A stretch of 64,000 bases of DNA, from assembly GCA_963674755.2 (NCBI GenBank), contig CAXXVS010000003.1, positions 2,656,001-2,720,000 on the forward strand. The letters are read 5' to 3'. How positions within the stretch are numbered: position 1 is the first letter of the stretch; the number at the start of each line of letters is the position of its first letter. Both the position numbers and the translations under genes were made by a program. The DNA is from Desulfobacterales bacterium (GTDB lineage: Bacteria; Desulfobacterota; Desulfobacteria; Desulfobacterales; UBA5852). Of this stretch, positions 48,747 to 58,690 are shown piece by piece. Under the pieces are notes generated by a model. That model ran no database searches, had not been told where the DNA came from, and saw nothing but the letters and a program-made list of their open reading frames with translations.

Positions 48747-49406
48747 ATGACCGCCCTGCCGACCACCACCATCCTGGCGATTCGCCACGGTGAAACCCGC
48801 TGGAATGCGCAAGAACGCTTCCAGGGACATGAAGACAGCCCCTTGACGGCCAACGGGCGGCGCCAGGTCACGGCCCTGGGGCCGCGGCTGCAGCAGATGT
48901 CCTTCGAGCGCCTGATCAGCAGCGATCTCGGCCGGGCCCGGGAAACCGCGGCGATCATCGCCGGTTTCACCGGGCATACGGTGGAGACGGAGCCGCGCCT
49001 GCGGGAGCGCAATTACGGCGTTCTGGAGGGCCTTACCATACCGGAAATCAAGGCCGCCCATGCCGACGTGCTGGCCCGCTTCCATACCGACGATCCGGCC
49101 TATGTGATCCCCGGCGGCGAGAGCCACCAGATGCATTATGATCGCAATATCGACTGGCTGGAGACGCACCTGGCGGCCCATCCCGGATCCACGGTGGCCA
49201 TCGTGGTGCATGGCGGCGTGCTGGACAGCCTCTTCCGCTATGTCTCCCAGCGGCCGCTCGCTCAGCCCCGCTGTTACGTGACCACCAATGCCAGCCTGAG
49301 CATTTTCAACCATGGCCTGTTCTACGGCACCCCGCGCTGGGTCATCCAGTCCTGGGGGGATGCGGGCCATCTGGCCGATATCGGGTATCTTCCCGGATTG
49401 GGCTGA
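48747..49406 (+). CDS. Histidine phosphatase (PGM family)
   Basis: RHGET.WN, SSDL.RA, LRER..G, HGG. Confidence 0.92.
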   Translation: MTALPTTTILAIRHGETRWNAQERFQGHEDSPLTANGRRQVTALGPRLQQMSFERLISSDLGRARETAAIIAGFTGHTVETEPRLRERNYGVLEGLTIPEIKAAHADVLARFHTDDPAYVIPGGESHQMHYDRNIDWLETHLAAHPGSTVAIVVHGGVLDSLFRYVSQRPLAQPRCYVTTNASLSIFNHGLFYGTPRWVIQSWGDAGHLADIGYLPGLG

Positions 49407-49528
49407 GTGAGGATTTCCTGGCGTTCGGCGTTCATCCGGGAATAGGTCAAATTCCGTTTTTCGTGCAACGCCAGTATTGAGCAAAGCGGCTTTTTTTAAG
49501 ATAGACGCGAACAGTGGAGGAGATCGCT

Positions 49529-49783
49529 ATGGGATTCATTACATGGATCATTCTGGGGCTGATCGTGGGTGTCCTGGCCAAATGGATCATGCCGGGCAAA
49601 GACCCCGGGGGATTCCTGGTGACCATCGGCCTGGGCATCGCAGGCGCTTTTGTGGGGGGCTTTATCGGCGCCAAGCTGGGCATCGGTGCCGTGACCGGCT
49701 TCAATATCGGCAGCATTCTGATTGCCACCGGCGGCGCTATCCTGCTGCTGGCGATTTATCGGGCAATGAAAAAGAAGAAATGA
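49529..49783 (+). CDS. GlsB/YeaQ/YmgE family membrane protein
   Basis: WIILGLIVGVLAKWIMPG..GG, GA.VGG. Confidence 0.9.
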   Translation: MGFITWIILGLIVGVLAKWIMPGKDPGGFLVTIGLGIAGAFVGGFIGAKLGIGAVTGFNIGSILIATGGAILLLAIYRAMKKKK

Positions 49784-49843
49784 TGCGACAGGGAATGACG
49801 CTCCTGGAGGGCGCCATTCCCTGACGGGATTGCTTAACGGGCG

Positions 49844-51097
49844 CTATACGCGGCTGCTGGCTTCCGCTGCCGCATAGACGGTTTTCTGTTCCAGGGTTTC
49901 CTCGATGGAGACTCCCAGCTCCGCCAGATTCGTGAAGCAGTACTCCCGGGCTTCGTCGTCCAGCTGCTCCGGCACGAAGAGGCCCCGTTCGGTGAAAGCA
50001 TTGTCCACCATCATCTTCACGAAAACCGAGGCACACTGGCCGGTCAGATAGGCCTCGTGGCTCAGGCCCGAGGTTTCGAAGGCCTCCACCAGGCCGGGGC
50101 CGGTGACATAGCTTTCGATCTTGACGGGGTTGTCGTCCTTGATGCCTTCCACCCGCACCAGAAAGGCGCCTTCCTCCCGGACCACGCCGTCGGTGATGAT
50201 GGCCTTGATCTCTTCCGGGTATTTGGGGGCCGGCGGGCACAGGGTAAGGATCAGTTCCATGGGGACGACTTCGACGTCGCCCACCTTGACCGGCTGGCTG
50301 GAGAGCAACCCCATCCGGTAGAGCAGCTCGGAAAGCTTTACGCCATAGCCGCCATATTTGAATTCCACGTTTTTGACACCTTTGAGCACGCTATTGGCCA
50401 GCAGGCCCATGGTGACGGGCTCGTCGTGCTCGTGATCCACCAGGCGCACCTTGCGATCGATACCCTTGAGCTTCATGCTCACCGGGCGGCTGAAGGGTTT
50501 GTCGATGACGTGCTGGCCCTTTTCAAAGCGGAAGGTCTTGTAGGCCATGTCCCAGAAGGCCACTTCGGGGGACCACCAGAAGGGGGTGAAGCGCTTGGTC
50601 ATGACGTTTTCATAGACGCAGATGCTGATGGTCTCGCAGCTGTCCATCTTTTCGACGGATTCCCGGGCGATGATGTTGGCCAGGCCGGGGGAGGAGCCGC
50701 CGCCCACCAGGGCGGTCAGCCCCTTGGCCTTGAATTTGTCGTGCCACTCCGCAAAGAGCATCTGGTAGCTCTCGATGAAGCCCATATCCTCCATGGGACC
50801 GGCCATGTCGAAATAGGAGGCCTCGACAGCCAGTGCGGCTTCCATGACCGTCAGGTTGTACTCCAGGGGCAGACCGTTGACGATCAGGTCGCAGCCCCGG
50901 GCGGCTTCGATGACGTTGGCCACCTCGCTGGCGTCGAGTTGCAGGGGGGTGGCCTTTTTCAGGGAGCTGCTGAGCTCCTCGGCGGCTTTGCGATCGTAGT
51001 CCGCGCAGATGATTTCACTGATTTGCGGATGGCTGTCCATCCGTTTGGCGACCGTGCTTCCCTGGGCACCGACGCCGATGATGATGATCTTCTTCAT
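49844..51097 (-). CDS. Saccharopine dehydrogenase-like / carboxynorspermidine dehydrogenase-like oxidoreductase
   Basis: IIGVGAQG, YFDMA, G.SPG..N, WSPE, HDEP, G.F.PEQ. Confidence 0.8.
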   Translation of the reverse strand: MKKIIIIGVGAQGSTVAKRMDSHPQISEIICADYDRKAAEELSSSLKKATPLQLDASEVANVIEAARGCDLIVNGLPLEYNLTVMEAALAVEASYFDMAGPMEDMGFIESYQMLFAEWHDKFKAKGLTALVGGGSSPGLANIIARESVEKMDSCETISICVYENVMTKRFTPFWWSPEVAFWDMAYKTFRFEKGQHVIDKPFSRPVSMKLKGIDRKVRLVDHEHDEPVTMGLLANSVLKGVKNVEFKYGGYGVKLSELLYRMGLLSSQPVKVGDVEVVPMELILTLCPPAPKYPEEIKAIITDGVVREEGAFLVRVEGIKDDNPVKIESYVTGPGLVEAFETSGLSHEAYLTGQCASVFVKMMVDNAFTERGLFVPEQLDDEAREYCFTNLAELGVSIEETLEQKTVYAAAEASSRV

Positions 51098-51381
51098 AAA
51101 ATCCTCTCTCTGTGAGGTTGATGATAACGCCTGGCAGCCAGGCGTTGCGTGGGCGGCGTTCCTGTCCGACGGTGCGGAAGGGGATGGTTTGGGGTGTGCC
51201 CACGGGTCTTTCAGGGTGATCAGGTCCCCTCCGATGAGACCGGCCTGCTTATGCTGATGATAACGATAAGACGCGTTGAAAATTTTTACAACAATTATTT
51301 TGCAAATTTTAACGGAATTAGATAAAAACATTAATCAATTTGGCGGAAAACGCCTTTAGAATGTTAATACGGTACGCATTT

Positions 51382-51627
51382 GTGTCTGTCCGGAAATAAT
51401 CGATTTTGGTTTCGGCCAAGGCCGCAGTGATTTGTCCAGCGCTGCTGGACTTCCCGTTTGATCCAACCCCGCTGGGGGTGGAAACCGGAGGCGTAGCTGG
51501 GCTACGGCGAGGATTTCCAAAGCGCGAGAACGCCGGCTTGCCCGCCAAAGCTGGCTTGATCCCCATTCGGGGACTCGGCCCACCGGCGGCGGGCCGGAGC
51601 CAAAAGATGCCATTTATGGATGGACAC
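51382..51627. mobile_element. MITE-like element, family A copy 2 (inverted relative to copy 1)
   Basis: Reverse complement closely matches 24048-24292 along its length. Confidence 0.75.
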
Positions 51628-51646
51628 GCATTAAGGAGGGGATGGA

Positions 51647-52177
51647 ATGAAATCCAGCACATCCGGCGTGGAAAAACTCGACAAGACCGACCGGCGCATG
51701 GTGGCGCTGCTGCAGAAGGACGGGCGTATGCCCATCGTCAATCTGGCCAAGGAGCTGGGCATTGCCGAGACCACCGCCCGCACCCGCTTGAAGCGCCTGA
51801 TCAATGAGGAGGTCATCAAGGTGGTGGCTGTGAGCAACCCCATCAAACTGGGCTTCGAGATCATCGGCAACATCAAACTCGACATCAATTTGAAGCAGAA
51901 GGATGCCGTCATCGCGGAGCTCAAGCAGATCGACGCCCTTAACTACCTGGCGCTCACCACCGGCGGCAACGACCTCGACCTGGAATTCATCGTGGGCTCG
52001 CTGGATGAATTCAAGGCGCTGATCTTCGAGAAGATCAGCCAGATCGACGGCATCAATTCAGTGGAGACCTCTCTTATCGTGGAGATTATCAAGGACACCT
52101 GGGACTATGGCACGGCCTGGGATCCGCCTTCGCCGGAGGCTTCGGCGGACAAGTCCGCCGGGTGCCGAAGGTCCTGA
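51647..52177 (+). CDS. Lrp/AsnC family regulator (paralog of 42450)
   Basis: Shares LLQ.DGR.P, RTRL.RLI, VAVSNP.KLGF, TTGG, IFEKI..IDG and D(W/Y)GTA with the 42450 protein. Confidence 0.92.
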   Translation: MKSSTSGVEKLDKTDRRMVALLQKDGRMPIVNLAKELGIAETTARTRLKRLINEEVIKVVAVSNPIKLGFEIIGNIKLDINLKQKDAVIAELKQIDALNYLALTTGGNDLDLEFIVGSLDEFKALIFEKISQIDGINSVETSLIVEIIKDTWDYGTAWDPPSPEASADKSAGCRRS

Positions 52178-52261
52178 TGGACGAGTCCGCCGAGCGCCGA
52201 AGGTCCTGATGGGCAAGTCCGCCGGGCGTCGCAGGTCCCGATGGCCAAGTCTGCTGGACGC
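52147..52261 (+). repeat. 32-bp tandem repeat, ~3.6 units
   Basis: Units start at 52147, 52179, 52211 and 52243; consensus ggacaagtccgccgggcgccgaaggtcctgat; no spacers. Confidence 0.85.
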
Positions 52262-52427
52262 TGGGGGCTTCGTCGGGGCACAGGCCCGGCGGGATTTGTT
52301 GAAGGGCAGGGTCGACAAGCTCTGGGCGCCGCGGATTTCGAAGATTCATAGAGCGGCAGGTTGGGCGGGAAAGTCATCCTTCGAGGCGCATCGCCCATAG
52401 GAAGCGGCCTGTTGCTCCGGGGGGTGA

Positions 52428-54590
52428 TCAGCCAGGGCGGTCCAGCTCCTTGCGGACCGCCAGGCCGATTTTTTCGAGGGTGTAGGGTTTCTTCACATAG
52501 GTGCCGGCCCCGAGACGCTGCATTTCCTGCACGCGTGCGGTTTCCGAGTAGCCGCTGGCGATGATGGCCCGCTGGTGGGGATTGCGTTCCCGGATCGCCC
52601 GGAAGGTTTCCAGGCCATCCCAGCCCGGCGGCATGATCATGTCCAGTACCAGTAAATCGAAATTGCGCGCGCGCAGGGTTGCCAGGGCATCTTTCCCGCT
52701 ATCGGCCGTGGACACCGTGTAACCCAGGCGCTGCAGCATGCGTTGGGCCAATGCCCTCTGTTCGCCCGAATCATCCACCACCAGAATCGACTCGCCCCGG
52801 CCGATATAGTCTTCGATATGAACCGCTGCGGCAATCTGCTTCTCGGTGCGCGTCACCGGAAAGAACAGACGGAAAGTAGTGCCCAGCCCCTCTTCCGTGC
52901 AGATATCGATAAAACCGTCATGGTCCCGCAGGGTTCCCCATACCACCGCCATCCCCAGGCCGCTGCCGCTGCGCCCCATGGCTTTCTTGGTGTAGAAGGG
53001 CTCGAAGATATGCTCCAGGTCAGAGGACGCCATGCCGATGCCGGCGTCGGTCACTTCCAAAACGCTGTATTCGCCGATGGGGATCCGTTCGAATCCCGGG
53101 TAGGGCCGGTCGACATAACGGTTGACCGTCCGAATGGTGATCCTGCCGCCGCCGGGCATGGCGTCGGCCGCATTGGCCACCAGATTCATGAGGGATTTGG
53201 AAAGGTGCACTTCGGATGCTGAGATATTGAGCAGGTTCTCATCCAGCTTGGTTTCGACGCATACCTGGGTGTGATGGGAGAGAATCTTGCGGTAGGCCAG
53301 GGAGACTAAAAAGTCTTCCACAATGTGGTTGAGGTCGGTCACCTTTTTAGCGGCCACCCCCCGACGGGCCAGGGTCAGCAGATCCTGGACGATCTCGGCG
53401 GCCTTCTCGCCGGAGGCCTGGACGGCCAGCAGCGGCTCGCGCAGCGGGCTGTCCTTTTCCAGATCGAGCAGGAGAAGTTCCGGGTAGCTGACAATCCCGC
53501 TCAGGATATTGTTGAGGTCATGGGCTACACCACCGGCCATCAGGCCCAGGGCCTCCATTTTCTGGGCCTGGCGCAGCTGTTCCTCCCGCTGTTTTTCCCG
53601 GGTGATGTCCTCCACGATGCCCAAAACGGTGGGGGCCTGGAACGGAGTCTCTGTTATGGGGCGCAAATGATAGCGCAGGTAAAGGGACTTGCCCCATTTG
53701 CTGGTATAGGGGGCTTCGTAACTCTGTATGACACCTTCTTCCAAGCAGGTATTTACCTGCCGGGAAAAATCGGATTGGACAATGGGCGGATAGTCGTGCA
53801 CGTTGATCGCGAGGCTGGCATCCCTGGATGGCGACCCCATGATTTCCATCAATTTAGCATTGACCTCGATAAGGTTGCCATCTTTGTCGATGGTTACGAT
53901 ACCGAGGGGTGCGTCTTCGATCAGGGCGCGGTAGCGGGCCTCGCTTTGCCGCAGGGCCTGGCTGACGGCCTGTTCGCTGGACAGGGTGTCGCGCAGGTCC
54001 CTTACCATCAGGGCCGTAGTGATCGTCACGATGGCGTTGAGCAGCAGGAAATTGATCGCCATGACAATCCACTTTGAAAGGGCGTTTTCGATGCCGCGCG
54101 CCCAGACCGGATCGCCAAAGGCTATGAACAGTGCCACCGCGCCCATAATCAGCGCACTCAGGAACAGCGAAGTGAGGGCGGCCCGGAAGCCCAGAATCGT
54201 CGCCAACAGGACGGACGCCCCGAAAATCCAGATATAGCCGGCCCCTAAGGAGCCAAGCATGAAGAGCAGGCCCACGCCGAGGGTATAGACAATCAGGCAA
54301 AAGCCCCAGGTGCGCGTGTGGAGAGATGCCTGCCGGCTCAAGAACAGGACAACGATTGCGGCGTAGGCCCCTGTGTCCAGCAGAGCGACGCCCCACAGAC
54401 CTTCGGAAATGGCGAGTATCAGGGAGGGAATCAGGGCGAAGGGGCCCAATGCGGCCGCAATGAAGAGCAGCACAAAGAGGATACGCTCCTGCCACAGGGT
54501 CAGGGGGCCGCTTTCCCAGGCATAGGCAGGGATGAAGCGCTTTTCCAGCCCAAGCCAGTGCTCCTGAAATATTTTTCCAAAACCGGACAC
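52428..54590 (-). CDS. Membrane hybrid sensor kinase (TM-PAS-HisKA-HATPase-REC)
   Basis: AHDLNN, NLVANA, D.G.G, FEPFYT, GLGM, VVDD, LDMIMP. Confidence 0.93.
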   Translation of the reverse strand: MSGFGKIFQEHWLGLEKRFIPAYAWESGPLTLWQERILFVLLFIAAALGPFALIPSLILAISEGLWGVALLDTGAYAAIVVLFLSRQASLHTRTWGFCLIVYTLGVGLLFMLGSLGAGYIWIFGASVLLATILGFRAALTSLFLSALIMGAVALFIAFGDPVWARGIENALSKWIVMAINFLLLNAIVTITTALMVRDLRDTLSSEQAVSQALRQSEARYRALIEDAPLGIVTIDKDGNLIEVNAKLMEIMGSPSRDASLAINVHDYPPIVQSDFSRQVNTCLEEGVIQSYEAPYTSKWGKSLYLRYHLRPITETPFQAPTVLGIVEDITREKQREEQLRQAQKMEALGLMAGGVAHDLNNILSGIVSYPELLLLDLEKDSPLREPLLAVQASGEKAAEIVQDLLTLARRGVAAKKVTDLNHIVEDFLVSLAYRKILSHHTQVCVETKLDENLLNISASEVHLSKSLMNLVANAADAMPGGGRITIRTVNRYVDRPYPGFERIPIGEYSVLEVTDAGIGMASSDLEHIFEPFYTKKAMGRSGSGLGMAVVWGTLRDHDGFIDICTEEGLGTTFRLFFPVTRTEKQIAAAVHIEDYIGRGESILVVDDSGEQRALAQRMLQRLGYTVSTADSGKDALATLRARNFDLLVLDMIMPPGWDGLETFRAIRERNPHQRAIIASGYSETARVQEMQRLGAGTYVKKPYTLEKIGLAVRKELDRPG

Positions 54591-54784
54591 TAATGGTGAT
54601 TTCCTACAGCCGGATGTCGAAATTTGTTTTTCATGATCCTGCCGCGCAGTTTTCTCCGAATAAGATCGATCCGTCGTGTTCCATTGCCCATTTGCCGCCG
54701 GGCGGCTGTTCGTGCATCGTGATCAAAACCGGGGTCTGCCGTCAATCTCCATGCTTATCGGAATCCCGGCGGAAAACATAAGTC

Positions 54785-56464
54785 TCAGCCATCGTCGATC
54801 AACACGGCGGCGTCCGCGGGGTCGAAGTTTGCGATAAGGTCGATGGGCGTCCGGGCGAAGCGGCAGGCCGCGGCCCGGGGCCGGATATCCTGCTCCGCAT
54901 CCAGTGACCATTGGGCATGATTCACCAGCCGGGCCAGGGCCAGGGCGCGTCCCAGCGTAAGCGCCAGGCGGCGTGCCCCTGCTTCCAATACGACAGGATC
55001 GGGGCCGTCCTGAAGCCACTCGGCGGCCTGGGTCACGGCTGCTTCCGCCACCTGCCCGGCCGCGCGCAGGTGCTCGTCCCGGACTGCTTGAACACTTTGT
55101 TGAACAGTGCTGCGAAGCGAAGCCAGCGTTCTTTTATCTGCCGCTATTGCCCGCAAGGCATCCAGAGACAATACATTGGTGGTCCCTTCCCAAATGGGCA
55201 GCACTTGGCTGTCCCGCAGCAGCACCGGCAGGCCGGTGTCTTCCACATAGCCCGCGCCCCCGTGGGCCTCCAGCACCTCGGAGGCCACAGCCACGGCCTG
55301 GCGTCCGGTGGTCAGTTTGGTAAGCGAGGTGAGCAGCCGCAGCAGGCGGGCTTCATCCTCGCTTGTCTCGCCGTGCTCCGCCTTGCCGATCAACTCCACC
55401 AGGAAAAAGGTCAGGTGGAAGGCGGCTTCGGTTTCCGCCTGGAGGCCTGCCAGGGTGTCGACGTGCAGGGGTTTTGCAGACAGGCCCGCCCCAAAGGCCA
55501 CCCGCTGCCGGGCATAGCTGCGGGCCAGGGCCAGGCCGCGCCGCATGAAGGCCGCCGCCGTGACGCTGTTCCAGGTGCGGGTGAGCTGGAGCATGGGCAC
55601 GATGTTGCGCACCCCGTCGGTCAGCCCCAGCACCGGAACCGCCAGGGTGCCCCGCAGCATCAATTCCGCGGTGGGCACCTTGCGGGTGCCCAGCTTGTCC
55701 TTCAATCGCAAAATCTCGATTTCCTGCAGGCGCCCCTCGTCATCGCGCGTCTTCAGGTAGAAGAGGGCCAACCCCTTGCCGCCGGGGGGATTGCCCTCGG
55801 GCCGGGCCAGGGTTAGGGCGATCTGGGAGGTGGCCGCGGAGGTAAACCATTTGCGGCCGTAGAGTCGCCATTGCCCCTGCGCGTCCTGTCGGGCAATGGT
55901 TTCCGACCGGCCCACATCCGAACCGCCCGTGGATTCGGTCATCCACTGGCCGCTGGTCCAGAAGCGCGCCGGGTCACGGGAAGTCAAATGGGGAACCGCT
56001 TCGTCGATCAGGGCCAGGTTGCCGGATGCCAGCAGGGTGCGGGCCGCCCCGTCGGTCATGGCCAGCGGGCAGGTGTAGACATCGCTGGAGGGGTGGAAGA
56101 GATAGGTCAGGGCAAACTGCACAATGCGGTCGAAGCGGCCGTGGCGCCCCTCGTAGGCCGCGGCCACGAGGCCGAATTCTGCGGCCAGGCGCTCGGCCTT
56201 GCGCCACAGGGGCGACACCGCGATGCGGTCGATACGGTTGCCCCAGGCATCCCACTGGGTCAGGACGGGCTCGTTGTCGCGGTCGGCAAGCTGCATTTGA
56301 TACAGATCGCCACCGGCGAGTTCGCCCAGTTCACGGAGCGGCTCCAGTGCTTCTATATGGACATCGGGTGGCAGCACCCGCTTAAGGTAGGAGTGCAGCA
56401 CGCGGTCGTCGTCGAATTGGTTGCCCAGCGTGGGCGGCGGTTGGTTGAAAGGAGTGATATCCAT
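54785..56464 (-). CDS. Acyl-CoA dehydrogenase (AidB-like)
   Basis: CPLAMTDGA, GQWMTE..GGSDV, KWFTS, LKDKLGT, IWEGT.NV. Confidence 0.9.
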   Translation of the reverse strand: MDITPFNQPPPTLGNQFDDDRVLHSYLKRVLPPDVHIEALEPLRELGELAGGDLYQMQLADRDNEPVLTQWDAWGNRIDRIAVSPLWRKAERLAAEFGLVAAAYEGRHGRFDRIVQFALTYLFHPSSDVYTCPLAMTDGAARTLLASGNLALIDEAVPHLTSRDPARFWTSGQWMTESTGGSDVGRSETIARQDAQGQWRLYGRKWFTSAATSQIALTLARPEGNPPGGKGLALFYLKTRDDEGRLQEIEILRLKDKLGTRKVPTAELMLRGTLAVPVLGLTDGVRNIVPMLQLTRTWNSVTAAAFMRRGLALARSYARQRVAFGAGLSAKPLHVDTLAGLQAETEAAFHLTFFLVELIGKAEHGETSEDEARLLRLLTSLTKLTTGRQAVAVASEVLEAHGGAGYVEDTGLPVLLRDSQVLPIWEGTTNVLSLDALRAIAADKRTLASLRSTVQQSVQAVRDEHLRAAGQVAEAAVTQAAEWLQDGPDPVVLEAGARRLALTLGRALALARLVNHAQWSLDAEQDIRPRAAACRFARTPIDLIANFDPADAAVLIDDG

Positions 56465-56829
56465 GGCTTCTCCTTGAATAAATAGCAGTTTGATAACCGT
56501 CTGTGGCCGGATTCGTCACACAAAGGAAGCTATGACAGGTATAAACCCGGTACAAGGAGGGCGGGCATGCTGCATGCGAAGTTGGAGGTTGGGCGAGGTC
56601 GTATAGAAAGGCAATAGGAAAAATTAGGTTCGATATACTCTGGTTATTTAAATATCGAGCTTCCAAGTGACGTTATTTCGGTCATCGAGAAGCCTTTGGA
56701 AATAGACAGGCGTGTTCTCGATCCACATCTAAAAGCGCGGGCGGTCGGCCTCCTTTACCTGCATTATCGGGAAAGCGGGAAGTCGGCCGCTGAAGACGAG
56801 GGGACGGTGGAGTCCTACCTGAAGCTCGT

Positions 56830-57810
56830 CGGCTGCAGGAAGCCCCGGATGCAATCGTATCAAACCACACCGCTATGCGAAGCGCCATGGACCGGGTATT
56901 GGAAAATATCGAGGTGCGCGGCGACCGCGCCTACGACATGCGGCACGCCCTCCTGTACATGGCTTTCCCGGACTATTACGAGCGGATCATCAGCACGCGT
57001 GACAAACTGTGGATCGTAAGCACCTACAAGAATCAGGTACCAAGTGCGCTTCCGGCGGATCCTGACGACGCCATCCAGTTGATCAGGGCTGAACTGGGGA
57101 AACGGCACGACAAGCCCGACCGGAAATTCGATTTTTACTCGGAACTGAAAGACGAATGGAAGCCTGGTGGGACCGCACCCGTCGCCACGGTAACGGTGGA
57201 TACCGATAAAGGGGTTGTGACCGTGCCGGGTGGCGAAATCGAGCCGTAATCTTCGACCGAAACCGTAAAAGAGCATACCGTCCATACGGAAATCCAGTGG
57301 CTGCTGCTCAAGCTAGGCAACGACATGGGGCTGGACCTCTGGGTGGCGAACAACGATCGCGGCAAGGAGATCGACGGCGAGAAACTGGGCGACATCCCCA
57401 GGCTAAAGCTGGCCCTGCCGCTGACGTTCGACGAGGCCACCAATAAAACCATCCAGCTCATCGACGTTCTATGGCTGAAGCAGAACACCATCCTGGCCGC
57501 CTTCGAGATCGAAAGCACCACCTCGATTTATTCCGGCATCCTCAGAATGACCGACCTGATCGCCATGCAACCCAACATCAACATCCCCCTTTACATCGTG
57601 GCTCCCGACGAGCGCCGAAACAAAGTCTATGCCGAGGTGAACCGCCCGGTTTTCTCCAACCTGTCCATCCCGATGAACCAGATCTGCAAATACATTCCCT
57701 TCTCGGGGCTCAGGGATGCCGTCAAGAATGCCGGAGCCATGATCAAGTACATGAAGCCGGAGTTTTTGGATGAGATCGCGGAGGAGTGCGAGATTTTTCA
57801 GGAGGAATAG
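56830..57810 (+). pseudogene. Restriction-endonuclease-like gene, probably 5'-truncated, with in-frame TAA at 57247
   Basis: ORFs 56875-57249 and 57325-57810 are in the same frame, joined by open sequence including HTEIQWLLLKLG; C-terminal IDVLW...FEIESTTSIYSG is PD-(D/E)XK-like. Confidence 0.65.
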
Positions 57811-58022
57811 CAATTACCAACCAGGAGCAGGAGGGGAGGCTACCAGGAGCCAGCAGAGTAACTGCAGACCGACATGGCAACTATTTATCCCTCCTGTAAA
57901 AACAATTGCCCACCAAATTGACGAATTTTCTGTCCCATTGAATTTAAGAATAATTCCTATGAAGAGATAAGTATAGTTGATTACAAGAGGTTGGAAGCTG
58001 GATAAGAGCGCCGCCCTTCATA

Positions 58023-58038
58023 TGGCATAAAAAATGCT
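58023..58038 (+). promoter_or_regulatory. sigma54 -24/-12 promoter
   Basis: TGGCAT-AAAAA-ATGCT, 45 nt upstream of an ORF with GGAGGAG RBS. Confidence 0.65.
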
Positions 58039-58082
58039 CTCTACACCCCGATAAACTTGACCATCTTTCGCGGGGAGGAGCG

Positions 58083-58442
58083 ATGCAGGAGCACATGGCT
58101 GTCAAGGTAAAGGAGCTAGCCGGCGAGCGGATCGCATGTAATGTTGACGTTCCGGAGCACATCGATCCCAGCCCTGACAGCTATGTGACCCTGCGGTACG
58201 AAGAGCACAAGAACACCGAATACGTCCGCATCATCGCCATTAATCGTCATCCCACCAACGCAATCGACGCCTGTTTTTACACGCTGCACGAAAGCGGGAT
58301 CTGCTTCATCCCCGACAAGTTCAAAGGACGTACCATCAAAGCCCGCCTGAAGCCCTCGGAGAGCACGGTCATCCACTTCGAGGAAAAGAGGCGCAACTCC
58401 CGGCTGTTCCTTTTCAACGCGGCTTTCGTGGACGGGGAGTAG
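58083..58442 (+). CDS. Hypothetical protein (119 aa)
   Basis: Strong RBS, host-like codon usage, upstream sigma54 site. Confidence 0.65.
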   Translation: MQEHMAVKVKELAGERIACNVDVPEHIDPSPDSYVTLRYEEHKNTEYVRIIAINRHPTNAIDACFYTLHESGICFIPDKFKGRTIKARLKPSESTVIHFEEKRRNSRLFLFNAAFVDGE

Positions 58443-58638
58443 TTTTTATGGGACGGACAAAAGGTACGGTTGTAACCAAGGTGTCAACCTGCTGACCGTC
58501 ATCTGCAACCGATCGCCTACCGGATTTATCCCCTTGGAATTGGTTTACTTCAGAAGGAAGCATGCAAGGTAACGCGTTTTTCGAATATCCCAGATAATAT
58601 TGCATTGACTTCGGGATTGATAGTGGCTTGCCAAGATG

Positions 58639-58678
58639 TAACCGCCCCATTTTCGTCAGCCTGAAAATGGGGCGGTTA
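58639..58678. terminator. 16-bp perfect stem-loop downstream of the small Cys protein
   Basis: taaccgccccattttc-gtcagcct-gaaaatggggcggtta; no T-run. Confidence 0.5.
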
Positions 58679-58690
58679 TCGTCGGCATCG

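Noticed and set aside
51130..51270. SAM-I riboswitch upstream of the dehydrogenase
   Set aside because: Only loose likeness (ctcatc..ggagggg..ctga); the GCAACC and GTGC..TCC blocks and a closing P1 were not found.
52147..52261. CRISPR array (32-bp repeats)
   Set aside because: Units are contiguous with no spacers, they diverge progressively, and no cas genes are present.
57247..57249. Selenocysteine or pyrrolysine read-through
   Set aside because: The codon is TAA, not TGA or TAG.
47388..57810. MTase and nuclease as one restriction-modification system
   Set aside because: About 8 kb apart with unrelated genes between, and the nuclease gene is broken.
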